DNA of 64,000 nt from a candidate division WOR-3 bacterium (GTDB lineage: Bacteria > Hydrothermota > 32-111): the NCBI GenBank assembly GCA_039804105.1, contig JBDRZU010000001.1, forward strand, positions 800,001 to 864,000, given 5' to 3'. How positions within the stretch are numbered: the stretch's first letter is position 1; each line of letters begins with the position of its first letter. Of the stretch, positions 42,279 to 51,436 are shown one piece after another. The position numbers were made by a program, and so were the translations under genes. The notes under the pieces were generated by a model that was not told the DNA's origin, did not search any database, and saw only the letters and a list, made by a program, of their open reading frames with translations.

Positions 42279-43726
42279 TTTTCAGGTTTTAAAAGTGGAA
42301 AGAGAACAACATCCCTTATCGAATCCCTGTCAGTCAAAAGCATAACGGTTCTATCGATTCCAATTCCAACCCCACCAGTTGGGGGCATTCCATACATCAA
42401 CGCCTCGATGTAATCCTCATCCATAACAAAAGCCTCAATATCTCCAAGTTTCCTCTCCTCAATCTGTTTTAAAAATCTTTCCCTTTGATCTAAAGGATCG
42501 TTGAGTTCTGAAAAAGAATTACCTATTTCCATACCACATACGATCGCTTCAAATCTTTCGACAACTCCGTCTTTTTCTCTATGTTTTCTTGCAAGAGGTG
42601 AAATTTCAATCGGATGGTTTATCACAAATGAAGGTTGAACTATTTTTTTCTGAACGAGTTCTGAAAAGAGTTCATCAAGAATTTTTCCAAAAGTTTTTTT
42701 ACCTTCAATATCAACTTCAAATTTTTTTGCAACACTTTTCAACTTTTCAACAGAGGCATTCTTCAAATCTTCACCAACGATGTTGTTTAAAGAATCATAA
42801 AAATCAACCCTTTTCCATGGCTTCTCAAACGATATTTCCTGGTTCTGATAAACTATTTTTTTCTGGGGAACAAGTTTCAAAAACATGTTCTCAACAAGTT
42901 CCATCATATCATTATAATCAGCATACGCTTGATAAAATTCAACCTGTGTGAACTCCGGATTATGTGTTCTGTCTATTCCCTCATTCCTAAAATCCTTTGC
43001 AAACTCATAAACTCTGTTGATACCACCAACTATCAACCTTTTCAGATAGAGTTCATTTGCTATTCTTAAATACAAAGTCATATCATGGGCGTTATGATGT
43101 GTTATAAAAGGTTGAGCGAAAGCACCTCCATATATCGGCTGTAATATCGGTGTTTCAACCTCTATAAAACCGTTTGAGTTTAAAAACTCTCTGATTCCGT
43201 TTATTATCTCAGTTCTTTTAAAAAAAACTTTTTTTGAATCATCGTTAACTATAAGATCAAGATATCTTTTTCTGTATCTTATTTCGATATCCTTCAAACC
43301 ATGAAATTTTTCAGGTAAAGGTTTTAAAGCTTTTGAAAGTATTTCAACATCCTGAACAAAAATTGTCAATTCACCACTATGGGTTTTAAAAAGTTTCCCG
43401 GTAACTCCTATGATATCTCCAATATCATAAAATTTTACCTCGTTGAATTTGTTTTCACCGATAACATCCTTTTTAATATAGAGTTGTATTTTATCAAGTT
43501 GATCTTTGATGTCCCAGAAGATTACTTTTCCATGTTTTCTTTCTGAAACTATTCTTCCAGCTATTTTTATCTGAAGATCCTTATCAAGAAGATCATTCTG
43601 TTTTTCTATGAGTTCTTTAATTGTATAGGTAAAATCAAATTTATACTTATAACATTCAACATTCATTTTCTTAAGGTTTTCAAGATTTTCCAGCATCTGT
43701 TTTTCGAGAATGTTCATCTCATCCAT
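42275..43726 (-). CDS. lysS: Lysine--tRNA ligase (class II)
   Basis: OB fold, YLRIANELYLKRL, FRNEG, GMPPTGG.GIGIDR. Confidence 0.98.
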   Translation of the reverse strand: MDEMNILEKQMLENLENLKKMNVECYKYKFDFTYTIKELIEKQNDLLDKDLQIKIAGRIVSERKHGKVIFWDIKDQLDKIQLYIKKDVIGENKFNEVKFYDIGDIIGVTGKLFKTHSGELTIFVQDVEILSKALKPLPEKFHGLKDIEIRYRKRYLDLIVNDDSKKVFFKRTEIINGIREFLNSNGFIEVETPILQPIYGGAFAQPFITHHNAHDMTLYLRIANELYLKRLIVGGINRVYEFAKDFRNEGIDRTHNPEFTQVEFYQAYADYNDMMELVENMFLKLVPQKKIVYQNQEISFEKPWKRVDFYDSLNNIVGEDLKNASVEKLKSVAKKFEVDIEGKKTFGKILDELFSELVQKKIVQPSFVINHPIEISPLARKHREKDGVVERFEAIVCGMEIGNSFSELNDPLDQRERFLKQIEERKLGDIEAFVMDEDYIEALMYGMPPTGGVGIGIDRTVMLLTDRDSIRDVVLFPLLKPEK

Positions 43727-44825
43727 TTTCTCTCCTCTCTTTTGCTTTCATTATAAGATACTCTTTTATGAATCTTTCAAGATTTCCATCAAGCACATCG
43801 TCAACATCACTCGTTTCATATCTTGTTCTTAAATCTTTTATCATTTTATAAGGATACAAAACATAAGATCTTATCTGGTTTCCAAACTCTATTGAACTTT
43901 TCTTTTCAAGTTTCCCCTGGAGTTTTGCTTCCTCCTGCTCTTTATAATATTGGTAAACTTTAGCTTTCAATATTTTCATAGCGTTCATTTTGTTCTGTAT
44001 CTGTGATCTTTCCGTCTGTGATTTTGCGAATATACCTGTTGGGAGATGTGTTATTCTTATCGCTGTTGAAACTTTGTTAACATTCTGTCCACCAGGGCCA
44101 CCAGCTCTGAAAGCTTCTATTTTTAGATCGTTTTCGTTGAGTTCAAAATCCGTGTTCTCTTCAATATCAGGGAGAAGATAAACTGCAGCAAAAGATGTGT
44201 GTCGTCTTTGATTTGCATCGAATGGTGATATTCTAACAAGACGATGAACTCCAATCTCCGATTTTAAATAACCATACGCATAATCACCTTCAACCTCAAC
44301 GGTTACAGATTTTATTCCAGCAACATCTCCAGCTTCATAATCTATTATATTGTTTTTAAAACCTTTTCTTTGAAAAAATCTCAAGTACATTCTTAAAAGC
44401 ATATCAGCCCAATCACAACTCTCTGTTCCTCCGGATCCAGGATGGATAGTTAAAATAGCGTTCGAGTTATCAAACTCATCAGTGAAAAGAAGTTCTATTT
44501 CAAAATTTTCAAGTTGCGTTTTCAACTCGTTTACCATTTTTATCAACTCTCCAATCGATTGATCATCAACTATTTCTATAAATTCATCTATGTATATGAT
44601 ATCACTCTCTATCTTTTTAAAAAGTTCTACTCTATTTTTTAGTATTTTCAAATCTTTGTTAATTTTAGCAGCTTTTTTTTGATCGTTCCAGAAATCAGGG
44701 GAAGACATTTTTTCCTGAAAATTTTTTATATCCTGTTCCCATTTGACAAGGTCAACATGTTTTTTTAGATCCTCAAAAATATTATGGATACTTTGAATAT
44801 CCTCTTTTAGTTTAATATCAAACAT
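43719..44825 (-). CDS. prfB: Peptide chain release factor 2 (single continuous frame)
   Basis: SPF and GGQ motifs, GNQIRSY; upstream of lysS. Confidence 0.97.
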   Translation of the reverse strand: MFDIKLKEDIQSIHNIFEDLKKHVDLVKWEQDIKNFQEKMSSPDFWNDQKKAAKINKDLKILKNRVELFKKIESDIIYIDEFIEIVDDQSIGELIKMVNELKTQLENFEIELLFTDEFDNSNAILTIHPGSGGTESCDWADMLLRMYLRFFQRKGFKNNIIDYEAGDVAGIKSVTVEVEGDYAYGYLKSEIGVHRLVRISPFDANQRRHTSFAAVYLLPDIEENTDFELNENDLKIEAFRAGGPGGQNVNKVSTAIRITHLPTGIFAKSQTERSQIQNKMNAMKILKAKVYQYYKEQEEAKLQGKLEKKSSIEFGNQIRSYVLYPYKMIKDLRTRYETSDVDDVLDGNLERFIKEYLIMKAKERRENG

Positions 44826-44833
44826 AGTTTTTT

Positions 44834-44862
44834 ATTATATTTATAAAATGGGTAGAAGTCAA
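44834..44862 (-). promoter_or_regulatory. sigma70-like promoter, (near-)leaderless, for prfB-lysS-lolCD
   Basis: TTGACT-N17-TATAAT-N8-ATG, no SD. Confidence 0.65.
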
Positions 44863-44868
44863 CCTTTC

Positions 44869-45270
44869 TTATTTCGAATATTTTGATACGATCATTTTTT
44901 CCACTTTATCTCTGTATTTCCCAAACCTTATATAAACCCCTCTGAAATTTTCAAGACGGTTTGGTTTTTCAAAAGGAGATAACAGTATGCCCTTATCATC
45001 TATATAGTAAGATTTAAAATTTTTAAAATCATAGGTTTTTGAAGTGAAGAAGAATTTTACGGTTATACTTTTATCATCTATGGTATATTTTGTTGGTAAA
45101 ACATAAGGTAAAAATGTTATCAAAACAGCAATCAACGAAATAAAAATTCCAACAACTCCCAGATACACAAAGCCAACAAGTATCATCAAAAGAAAACCTA
45201 AAAATGCAATTAAATTTTTAACCACACTTTCATCCCTTATCGGAAAACTGACCCATTCAAATTTTTCCAT
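44869..45270 (-). CDS. Hypothetical membrane protein (two TM helices + PH-like beta domain)
   Basis: Two hydrophobic segments, then LSPF.KP.RLENFRG. Confidence 0.65.
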   Translation of the reverse strand: MEKFEWVSFPIRDESVVKNLIAFLGFLLMILVGFVYLGVVGIFISLIAVLITFLPYVLPTKYTIDDKSITVKFFFTSKTYDFKNFKSYYIDDKGILLSPFEKPNRLENFRGVYIRFGKYRDKVEKMIVSKYSK

Positions 45271-45745
45271 TCAAAACCTCTTTCAAACTTTTTTTCAATT
45301 TTTTTCTAACACTTTCAAAAGATTCACTCACTATCTTTGTTTCAGAGATTACAGGCATAAAATTCGTATCTCCCGACCATCTCGGGACAATATGTATATG
45401 GAGGTGATCATCCACCCCAGCACCGGAAATTTTTCCATAATTTATTCCAATATTGAATCCTTGAGGATTATAAGATTTTTTTAAAATTTTTATTCCAACT
45501 TGAACACCTTTCATCAGCCCATTTAAATTTTCTTCATCAAGTTCTTCCAGCATAATATTATGTAATAAAGGTGCAACCATTATATGTCCATTTGTATAAG
45601 GATATTTGTTGAGGATAATGATAAAATTTTTATCCTTGTGTATCAACATTTTTTTTTCGGGAAAGCAAAAAATACATTTTTCTATTTTCTTGTCAGATTT
45701 CTCAAGATATTTTATTCTCCATGGTGCATACAACCTTTTCATCAT
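45257..45745 (-). CDS. HIT family protein (Ap4A phosphorylase/hydrolase-like)
   Basis: [28 protein letters not shown]. Confidence 0.88.
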   Translation of the reverse strand: MMKRLYAPWRIKYLEKSDKKIEKCIFCFPEKKMLIHKDKNFIIILNKYPYTNGHIMVAPLLHNIMLEELDEENLNGLMKGVQVGIKILKKSYNPQGFNIGINYGKISGAGVDDHLHIHIVPRWSGDTNFMPVISETKIVSESFESVRKKLKKSLKEVLNGKI

Positions 45746-46872
45746 ACCTCCTTTATCTGGCCATAAACCCCATCATATCCAGGTAAAAATTCTACCCTGT
45801 TTTTCCTAACTTTCAACAAAAAATTAACAAAATCTTCATCGTAAAACTCAAGCAATGTTTTTTCATCAGCAAAGGTTTTCATTTCCATCTCAGGGAAAAT
45901 TTTCAGGAAATCTAAAAATGTTACCTTTTTTTTGTTCTTTTTGTAAACCTTGTAATAATATTCTATTGGAAGTGAATAGAAAACCTTTTTATTCAAAATT
46001 TTACCACTCTTTTTAAAACTGTTTATTCGACTTAAAACTCCCTCTGTCAATTTTTTTCCACATATTGGGCAGATTTCAAAATTTTCTCCTGTTGCAAAAT
46101 CACATTTACGATGACCGGATAGAAAATATTTTCCTTCCTGTGGATAAAACTCAACAGTTCCAAATATTTTGTTATTTTCTAAAATATCTTTTAAAAATCT
46201 TATGTCATCTTCCCAGTATTCTAAAATTGTAGATTCTCTACCAATATTTTCCGGCGAATGAGAATCTGAGAATGAAACAAAAGTGAAGTTTTTAATCATG
46301 TCGACCGAAATGCACATAAAAGGATCTGATGAAAGTCCTGTTTCAAGTGCGGTAAAAAAATCCATACTAACAGGTAAATAAGAATACCCTGACTTAAAAC
46401 CAAACAGACCAAAATGTGGTGTCCAAATATGTGCGGGTATTACCAGAATATCTTCCGAGACACTCTTCAATATTTCAACAGTTTCTTTTAAATTTTTCTT
46501 AACAATCCCTCTGCCATCACTATCAAAATTTGAGCAATCAGAAAATATTTTTTTTGTTTTGTAGATTTTTTCAAAATCTGGAAATATTAATAGAAGATGT
46601 ATTTTTTTTCCAGTTTCTTCTTTGTAGAACAGAGAGATTTCCGTGGTAAGCAAAACTTTTATTCCATTGTAAACATAAACACCGTATCCAATCTCTTTAA
46701 GATTTTTTTTTGCATCTTCCAACATCAAAGGATGAAGTATGTCAGAACTTCCAATAACATCTATTCCTTTTATTTTTGCAAATTCTGAAAAATTTTTTAT
46801 ATCACCATTTTTAGATGATGCAAGCGAAAATTTCGAGTGTAGATGTAAATCCAGAAAAATCATTTTCTGCAT
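45742..46872 (-). CDS. Endonuclease Q-like PHP-domain protein
   Basis: [49 protein letters not shown]. Confidence 0.82.
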   Translation of the reverse strand: MQKMIFLDLHLHSKFSLASSKNGDIKNFSEFAKIKGIDVIGSSDILHPLMLEDAKKNLKEIGYGVYVYNGIKVLLTTEISLFYKEETGKKIHLLLIFPDFEKIYKTKKIFSDCSNFDSDGRGIVKKNLKETVEILKSVSEDILVIPAHIWTPHFGLFGFKSGYSYLPVSMDFFTALETGLSSDPFMCISVDMIKNFTFVSFSDSHSPENIGRESTILEYWEDDIRFLKDILENNKIFGTVEFYPQEGKYFLSGHRKCDFATGENFEICPICGKKLTEGVLSRINSFKKSGKILNKKVFYSLPIEYYYKVYKKNKKKVTFLDFLKIFPEMEMKTFADEKTLLEFYDEDFVNFLLKVRKNRVEFLPGYDGVYGQIKEV

Positions 46873-47591
46873 ATAACAAGACCTCTTTCAGAGTAATCGT
46901 TCAAATTTTTCATCGTTGAAAAATCATAAAAGTCAACAGATTGAAAACCCACTTTCTTCAAATCATTTTCCAACTCTTCTGGAAATATCGCTCTTTCACT
47001 AAAAACAAAAGATTTAATTTTCTTATTAAGAAATTCGATCCTCAAATTCAAGGTACATATTCTACTTTTCGGATCATATTCTGTATCCCAGAACGAAATG
47101 AAACCATCCCCATCACGGATCTGTGAATTTTTTGACATAAGGTCAAGTCCAAATTCAGTATTGAAATCGAAAATAAAAATTGCATCATCTTTAAGGATAT
47201 TGAATACATTAAAAAAACAACCTGTCATGTTTTCTTTTGATATATGATTCACAGTATCATACATACATATCGCAACATCAAATTTTTTCTTGATACTAAG
47301 GTTAACAATATCACAACAAACAAACATTGAAGAATTTCTGAAATTTTTCTTTTGTGCTTCTTTCAACATTTCAATAGAAATATCAACAAGAGTTACATTG
47401 AATCCATATTCAGAAAGATATTTCGAAAGATTCCCAGTGCCAGCACCCAAATCGATTAAATCACCACTTTTTATTTTGAAACTTTTACAAACATTATAAA
47501 TATTTTCGGCCCAGATTTTATATGGAACCATACTCATAAAAGAGTCGTACAAATTTGCAATTTTATCATAATCAAAAAAAATCTTATCCAT
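46860..47591 (-). CDS. Class I SAM-dependent methyltransferase
   Basis: DLGAGTG, VDIS.EML, C.YDTVNH. Confidence 0.9.
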   Translation of the reverse strand: MDKIFFDYDKIANLYDSFMSMVPYKIWAENIYNVCKSFKIKSGDLIDLGAGTGNLSKYLSEYGFNVTLVDISIEMLKEAQKKNFRNSSMFVCCDIVNLSIKKKFDVAICMYDTVNHISKENMTGCFFNVFNILKDDAIFIFDFNTEFGLDLMSKNSQIRDGDGFISFWDTEYDPKSRICTLNLRIEFLNKKIKSFVFSERAIFPEELENDLKKVGFQSVDFYDFSTMKNLNDYSERGLVICRK

Positions 47592-48522
47592 TCTTCAATA
47601 TGTTGTCCAACATCTCCATTATTTCTGAATAATCGGTTGTTCGGTTAATCCTTTCTTTGAAAATTTTTATATTCTTTATACCCTTCAAATACCAGTGGAA
47701 ATGTTTCCTCATAATATAAATGTTTTCTTTTTTGTTTCCATCATCGGTTGCAAGTTTATAATGTTCTTTTAAAATTTTCACCTTTTCCTCAAGTGATGGT
47801 ATCTCGTATTTTCCATTTTTCAAAAAATCTTTTATCTGTTTAAAAATCCATGGATTGCCAAGAGTTGCTCTTCCGATCATGATCGAATCAACTTTTGATT
47901 CCTCCCATAATCTTAGAGCATCCTCCGGAGTTTGTATGTCACCATTTCCAACAACTGGAATGTTAACATTTTCTTTAATAAGTTTTATCGAATTCCAATC
48001 AGATTTTCCAGAAAACAAAGATGTTGCTATCCTTCCATGAACAGTTATAAAACTGACACCACAATCCTGAAGTATTTGAGCAATCTTTATCCCTTTGTCA
48101 ATATTGAATCCCAATCGCATTTTACATGAAACAGGTAATCTCGTTGAGGAAACAACAGCAATTATTGCATCCTTTAGGTTTCTGAAATCTTTGAGCAACG
48201 CAGAACCGTATCCCTGTTTGATAACTTTTTTTACTGAACATCCAAGATTTATATCTATAAAATCAGGAGAAAGTTCATTCAATTTCATCGTTGCATTTGA
48301 AAGGATTTCTGGATCTTTACCGAAAATCTGAATTCCGAAAGGTCTTTCTTCTTCAGTAAAATAGGTTAACAGAAAAGTTTTTTTTGAGTTTCTATACAAT
48401 CCATCTGCAGAAATCAGTTCACTGTATGTAACATCGGCTCCAAACCTTTTACATATCCTTCTAAAATATGTATCTGTTATTCCTGCAAGGGGAGCTAAAA
48501 AGATTTTCCCTCTAACATCCAT
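47584..48522 (-). CDS. dusB: tRNA-dihydrouridine synthase
   Basis: LAPLAG, DINLGC, HGR, GNGDI, MIGR...GNPW. Confidence 0.92.
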   Translation of the reverse strand: MDVRGKIFLAPLAGITDTYFRRICKRFGADVTYSELISADGLYRNSKKTFLLTYFTEEERPFGIQIFGKDPEILSNATMKLNELSPDFIDINLGCSVKKVIKQGYGSALLKDFRNLKDAIIAVVSSTRLPVSCKMRLGFNIDKGIKIAQILQDCGVSFITVHGRIATSLFSGKSDWNSIKLIKENVNIPVVGNGDIQTPEDALRLWEESKVDSIMIGRATLGNPWIFKQIKDFLKNGKYEIPSLEEKVKILKEHYKLATDDGNKKENIYIMRKHFHWYLKGIKNIKIFKERINRTTDYSEIMEMLDNILKNG

Positions 48523-49446
48523 CTACTCAACAATAGAATCAAAATCGATGAAATTTAAAGGATTTACTTTACTGTTCGCTATCCTGACTTCATAATGGAG
48601 ATGAGTTCCTGTTGATCTTCCAGTACTACCCATATAACCAATAAGTTGATGCCTTTTTACTTTATCACCAACCTTCACCTTAAAAGAATTCAAATGTGCA
48701 TATACTGTTATATATCCATAACCATGATCGATCTTCAATGTTTTTCCATAACCAGGCAAATAATCAGCAAAGATAACTTCACCATCTGCTGGAGCATAAA
48801 TTGGAGGAGCAGACTGGTTCGCTATATCAAGACCAGTATGGAATTCAGGTGTTTTTGTAAATGGATCCAACCTGTATCCAAAACCACTCATGATCATTCC
48901 ATTTGTTGGAACTATTGATGGAGTATGTTTTAAAAGGTTATATTGTTCGTTAAGGGCATTTTCTATTTTTGAAAAGTTCTTTTTTTCAAATTCTATGGTC
49001 TTATCAAGATGCATAATTTTTTGATCCACATTTGTTATCAATCTTTTTGTTAAAGGATCAAACTTTTTAAACCTTGAATCCTCTATCTGATAACCACCTA
49101 GACCGAGTTGCCTTATATCATCTGATAAGGGATCAAGATTTGCAAGAATTCTCAGTTTTTTTTCATAATCGATTAAGACATTCATCTTCTGGATATTCTG
49201 TTCAAGAACATTCAGATTCTTTGTAATCGATGATATGTAGAAATCTCTCTTAGAATAAATTTCAATTAAAGACTCTGGATTCAGATTGTTAACAAACGAG
49301 AATATAAGAACTGATGAAGAAAACAAAAAAAGAAAAGTTAAAGTTAAAAAGAATATTTTCAGTTTTTGAACTTCAAAATTAAAAATTATAGGTTTGCCAG
49401 AAGAAATATATTCGTTGTGTAATATTATTGAAATTCTTTTTTTCAT
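48523..49446 (-). CDS. M23 family peptidase (TM + coiled coil + LytM domain)
   Basis: HTGLD, YAHL, STGTHLHYE. Confidence 0.92.
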   Translation of the reverse strand: MKKRISIILHNEYISSGKPIIFNFEVQKLKIFFLTLTFLFLFSSSVLIFSFVNNLNPESLIEIYSKRDFYISSITKNLNVLEQNIQKMNVLIDYEKKLRILANLDPLSDDIRQLGLGGYQIEDSRFKKFDPLTKRLITNVDQKIMHLDKTIEFEKKNFSKIENALNEQYNLLKHTPSIVPTNGMIMSGFGYRLDPFTKTPEFHTGLDIANQSAPPIYAPADGEVIFADYLPGYGKTLKIDHGYGYITVYAHLNSFKVKVGDKVKRHQLIGYMGSTGRSTGTHLHYEVRIANSKVNPLNFIDFDSIVE

Positions 49447-49453
49447 AAAATTT

Positions 49454-49481
49454 ATTATAGGAAAGTTTTTTTACAAGTCAA
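49454..49481 (-). promoter_or_regulatory. sigma70-like promoter, probably leaderless, for the M23-dusB operon
   Basis: TTGACT-N16-TATAAT-N7-ATG, no SD. Confidence 0.68.
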
Positions 49482-49503
49482 TAAAAAATTTTTAATTTTA
49501 CTA

Positions 49504-49531
49504 TTGACAAAATGGAGTAAAAAGGTAAAAT
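49504..49531 (+). promoter_or_regulatory. dcw (mraZ) promoter
   Basis: TTGACA-N16-TAAAAT. Confidence 0.7.
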
Positions 49532-49570
49532 ATGGTAAAAAATGGTAAAAAATGGAGTAACATGGAAACA
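49511..49570 (+). repeat. 10-bp periodic direct repeats, putative MraZ binding boxes
   Basis: AATGGAGTAA AAAGGTAAAA TATGGTAAAA AATGGTAAAA AATGGAGTAA CATGGAAACA. Confidence 0.75.
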
Positions 49571-49999
49571 AAGTTGAGATTCATCGGGTTTAAAATTGTT
49601 AACATCGAAGAGAATGGTAGAATAATTATTCCATCCGTATTCAGAGAGAATCTCAACTCTAAAATCTTCTTTATCATACCTGGTAGAGAAAAAGTTTTGC
49701 ACATCTATCCTGAAATTTCCTTTCTGAAACTTGAAGAGAAAATTGAAAAACTCGAATCGGAAGAGGAAAAAAGTATTATCATAAATACAATATTTGCTAA
49801 CTCAAGAAAAGTCGTAAGGGATTCTGTCTGGAGAATATCGATTCCACAACAGTTATTGGATCATGCACACTTAAAGAATGAAGTAAAAATAGTTGGAGCA
49901 AAAGATAAACTTGATTTCTGGAACCCAGAGATTCATGAAGAGTTCAATAGAAAACTTTTATCAGAAAAAATTGATCTATTCAAAAAGGTAGGTTTATAA
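49562..49999 (+). CDS. mraZ: Transcriptional regulator MraZ
   Basis: GRIIIPS.FR and RISIP..L..HA.L...V.IVG..D....W AbrB-like repeats; first gene of dcw; ATG 49562 preferred because the upstream codons are the repeats. Confidence 0.9.
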   Translation: METKLRFIGFKIVNIEENGRIIIPSVFRENLNSKIFFIIPGREKVLHIYPEISFLKLEEKIEKLESEEEKSIIINTIFANSRKVVRDSVWRISIPQQLLDHAHLKNEVKIVGAKDKLDFWNPEIHEEFNRKLLSEKIDLFKKVGL

Positions 50000-50340
50000 T
50001 GAAACTCTATCTTGAAAAAAAGGTATCATATTCTCTTCTAAAAATAACTGGAAACATAGATTTAAATGATCTAAAAAATTTGAGAGAAACTTTACAAATG
50101 TTAGCGGATCAAAATAAACCCCTGATAATAGATTTGAGAAATTTGAAAAATACACATTATAAAATAGGATTACTTTTAAGAGGGATAAAGAGATTATTTT
50201 TAAGGAGATGTCTACCATTGAAAATCGTATGCAGAGATCCTTATATACTTACGATTATTTCGCTCTTTGATTATGATATAGTATACGACACTACGAAAGA
50301 TCTCGTTTCAGCAAAAAACTTTATTGAATTGAAAATCTGA
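49999..50340 (+). CDS. STAS-domain (anti-sigma antagonist-like) protein
   Basis: 113 aa; L.ITGNID..L...L...LIIDL..L pattern; TAATG-coupled to mraZ. Confidence 0.7.
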   Translation: MKLYLEKKVSYSLLKITGNIDLNDLKNLRETLQMLADQNKPLIIDLRNLKNTHYKIGLLLRGIKRLFLRRCLPLKIVCRDPYILTIISLFDYDIVYDTTKDLVSAKNFIELKI

Positions 50341-50342
50341 TT

Positions 50343-51182
50343 ATGCATCAACCCGTAATGGTGGGAAGCGTAATAGAAAATTTAAAAATACGGGAAGAAG
50401 GAACTTATTTAGATCTGACAGCGGGTTTTGGGGGACATTCGAAAAAGATTTTAGAAAAATTATCAGAAAGAGGGAAGTTGATACTTGTTGACAGAGATCC
50501 TTTTGCTATAGAACACTTGAAAAACATTTTTAAAGAAAACAAAAATGTTGTTATTTTAAAAATGAATTTTAAAGATATTTCTTTTGACTTTAAATTCGAT
50601 GGGATACTCTTAGATCTTGGTGTTTCATCTTATCAATATGATACTCCTTCCCGTGGTTTTTCTTATAGATTCAATGCTCCACTCGACCTAAGAATGGATC
50701 CTGAAGAAAAAAATCGATTCTCAGAGATTTTTAAAATGAACATTTCCCAGATCGCTTCAATTATAAAAGATTATTCCGAAGAGTACGATTCTGAAAATAT
50801 TGCAAAAGAGATCTTTAAAAAAATTCAAAAAGATGAGTTAAAAACGACTTTTGACCTCAAAGATGCAATAATTAAAGGGAAAAAAGGAAAGGATGTTTCA
50901 AAAGGTTTAAAACGGGTTTTTATGGCTTTTAGAATTTTTGTCAATGATGAACTGCACTCACTCGAAGTTTTACTGAACAAACTATCAGAATTTACAAATC
51001 CAAAATCGAGAGTAGTAATAATCACCTATCATTCAATTGAGGATAGATTGGTTAAAAATTTTTTTAAAAATTCGAAAGATTTTATTCCGGTTTTCAAAAA
51101 GGTCTTAAAACCAACATTTGAAGAAATCATGAAAAACAAGAGAGCAAAATCAGCAAAGATGAGAGTTTTTGAAAGAGTATGA
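50343..51182 (+). CDS. rsmH: 16S rRNA m4C1402 methyltransferase
   Basis: HQPV, D.T.G.GGHS, DLGVSS, PLDLRMD, YHSIEDR. Confidence 0.96.
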   Translation: MHQPVMVGSVIENLKIREEGTYLDLTAGFGGHSKKILEKLSERGKLILVDRDPFAIEHLKNIFKENKNVVILKMNFKDISFDFKFDGILLDLGVSSYQYDTPSRGFSYRFNAPLDLRMDPEEKNRFSEIFKMNISQIASIIKDYSEEYDSENIAKEIFKKIQKDELKTTFDLKDAIIKGKKGKDVSKGLKRVFMAFRIFVNDELHSLEVLLNKLSEFTNPKSRVVIITYHSIEDRLVKNFFKNSKDFIPVFKKVLKPTFEEIMKNKRAKSAKMRVFERV

Positions 51183-51436
51183 AAAAAATTTTTTTTATAA
51201 TTTTAATCTTTATCTATCTTCTTCTTTTCCCCTTAACCAGATTTTATATTCTAAAATTAACGAGTTTAAATGATCTTTTAAGACAAGATTTAAAAGAAAA
51301 ACTTAAGAAAAAAAACGAACTTTTATTGAAAATCGATTATCTAACATCCATAACCAGGTTGGAAAAGATTGCTTTTGATACTTTAAATTTAAAGTATCCT
51401 GCAGGAAAAGATTATGAATGGTTATCTAAGAAATAG
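51179..51436 (+). CDS. ftsL: Cell division protein FtsL
   Basis: TM + coiled coil + RLEKIA...L.L..P; lies between rsmH and ftsI. Confidence 0.75.
   Translation: MKKIFFIILIFIYLLLFPLTRFYILKLTSLNDLLRQDLKEKLKKKNELLLKIDYLTSITRLEKIAFDTLNLKYPAGKDYEWLSKK

Noticed and set aside
49511..49570. CRISPR-like array or coding repeat (MVKNGKKWSN extension of MraZ)
   Set aside because: 10-bp units with no spacers and no cas genes; better explained as MraZ boxes
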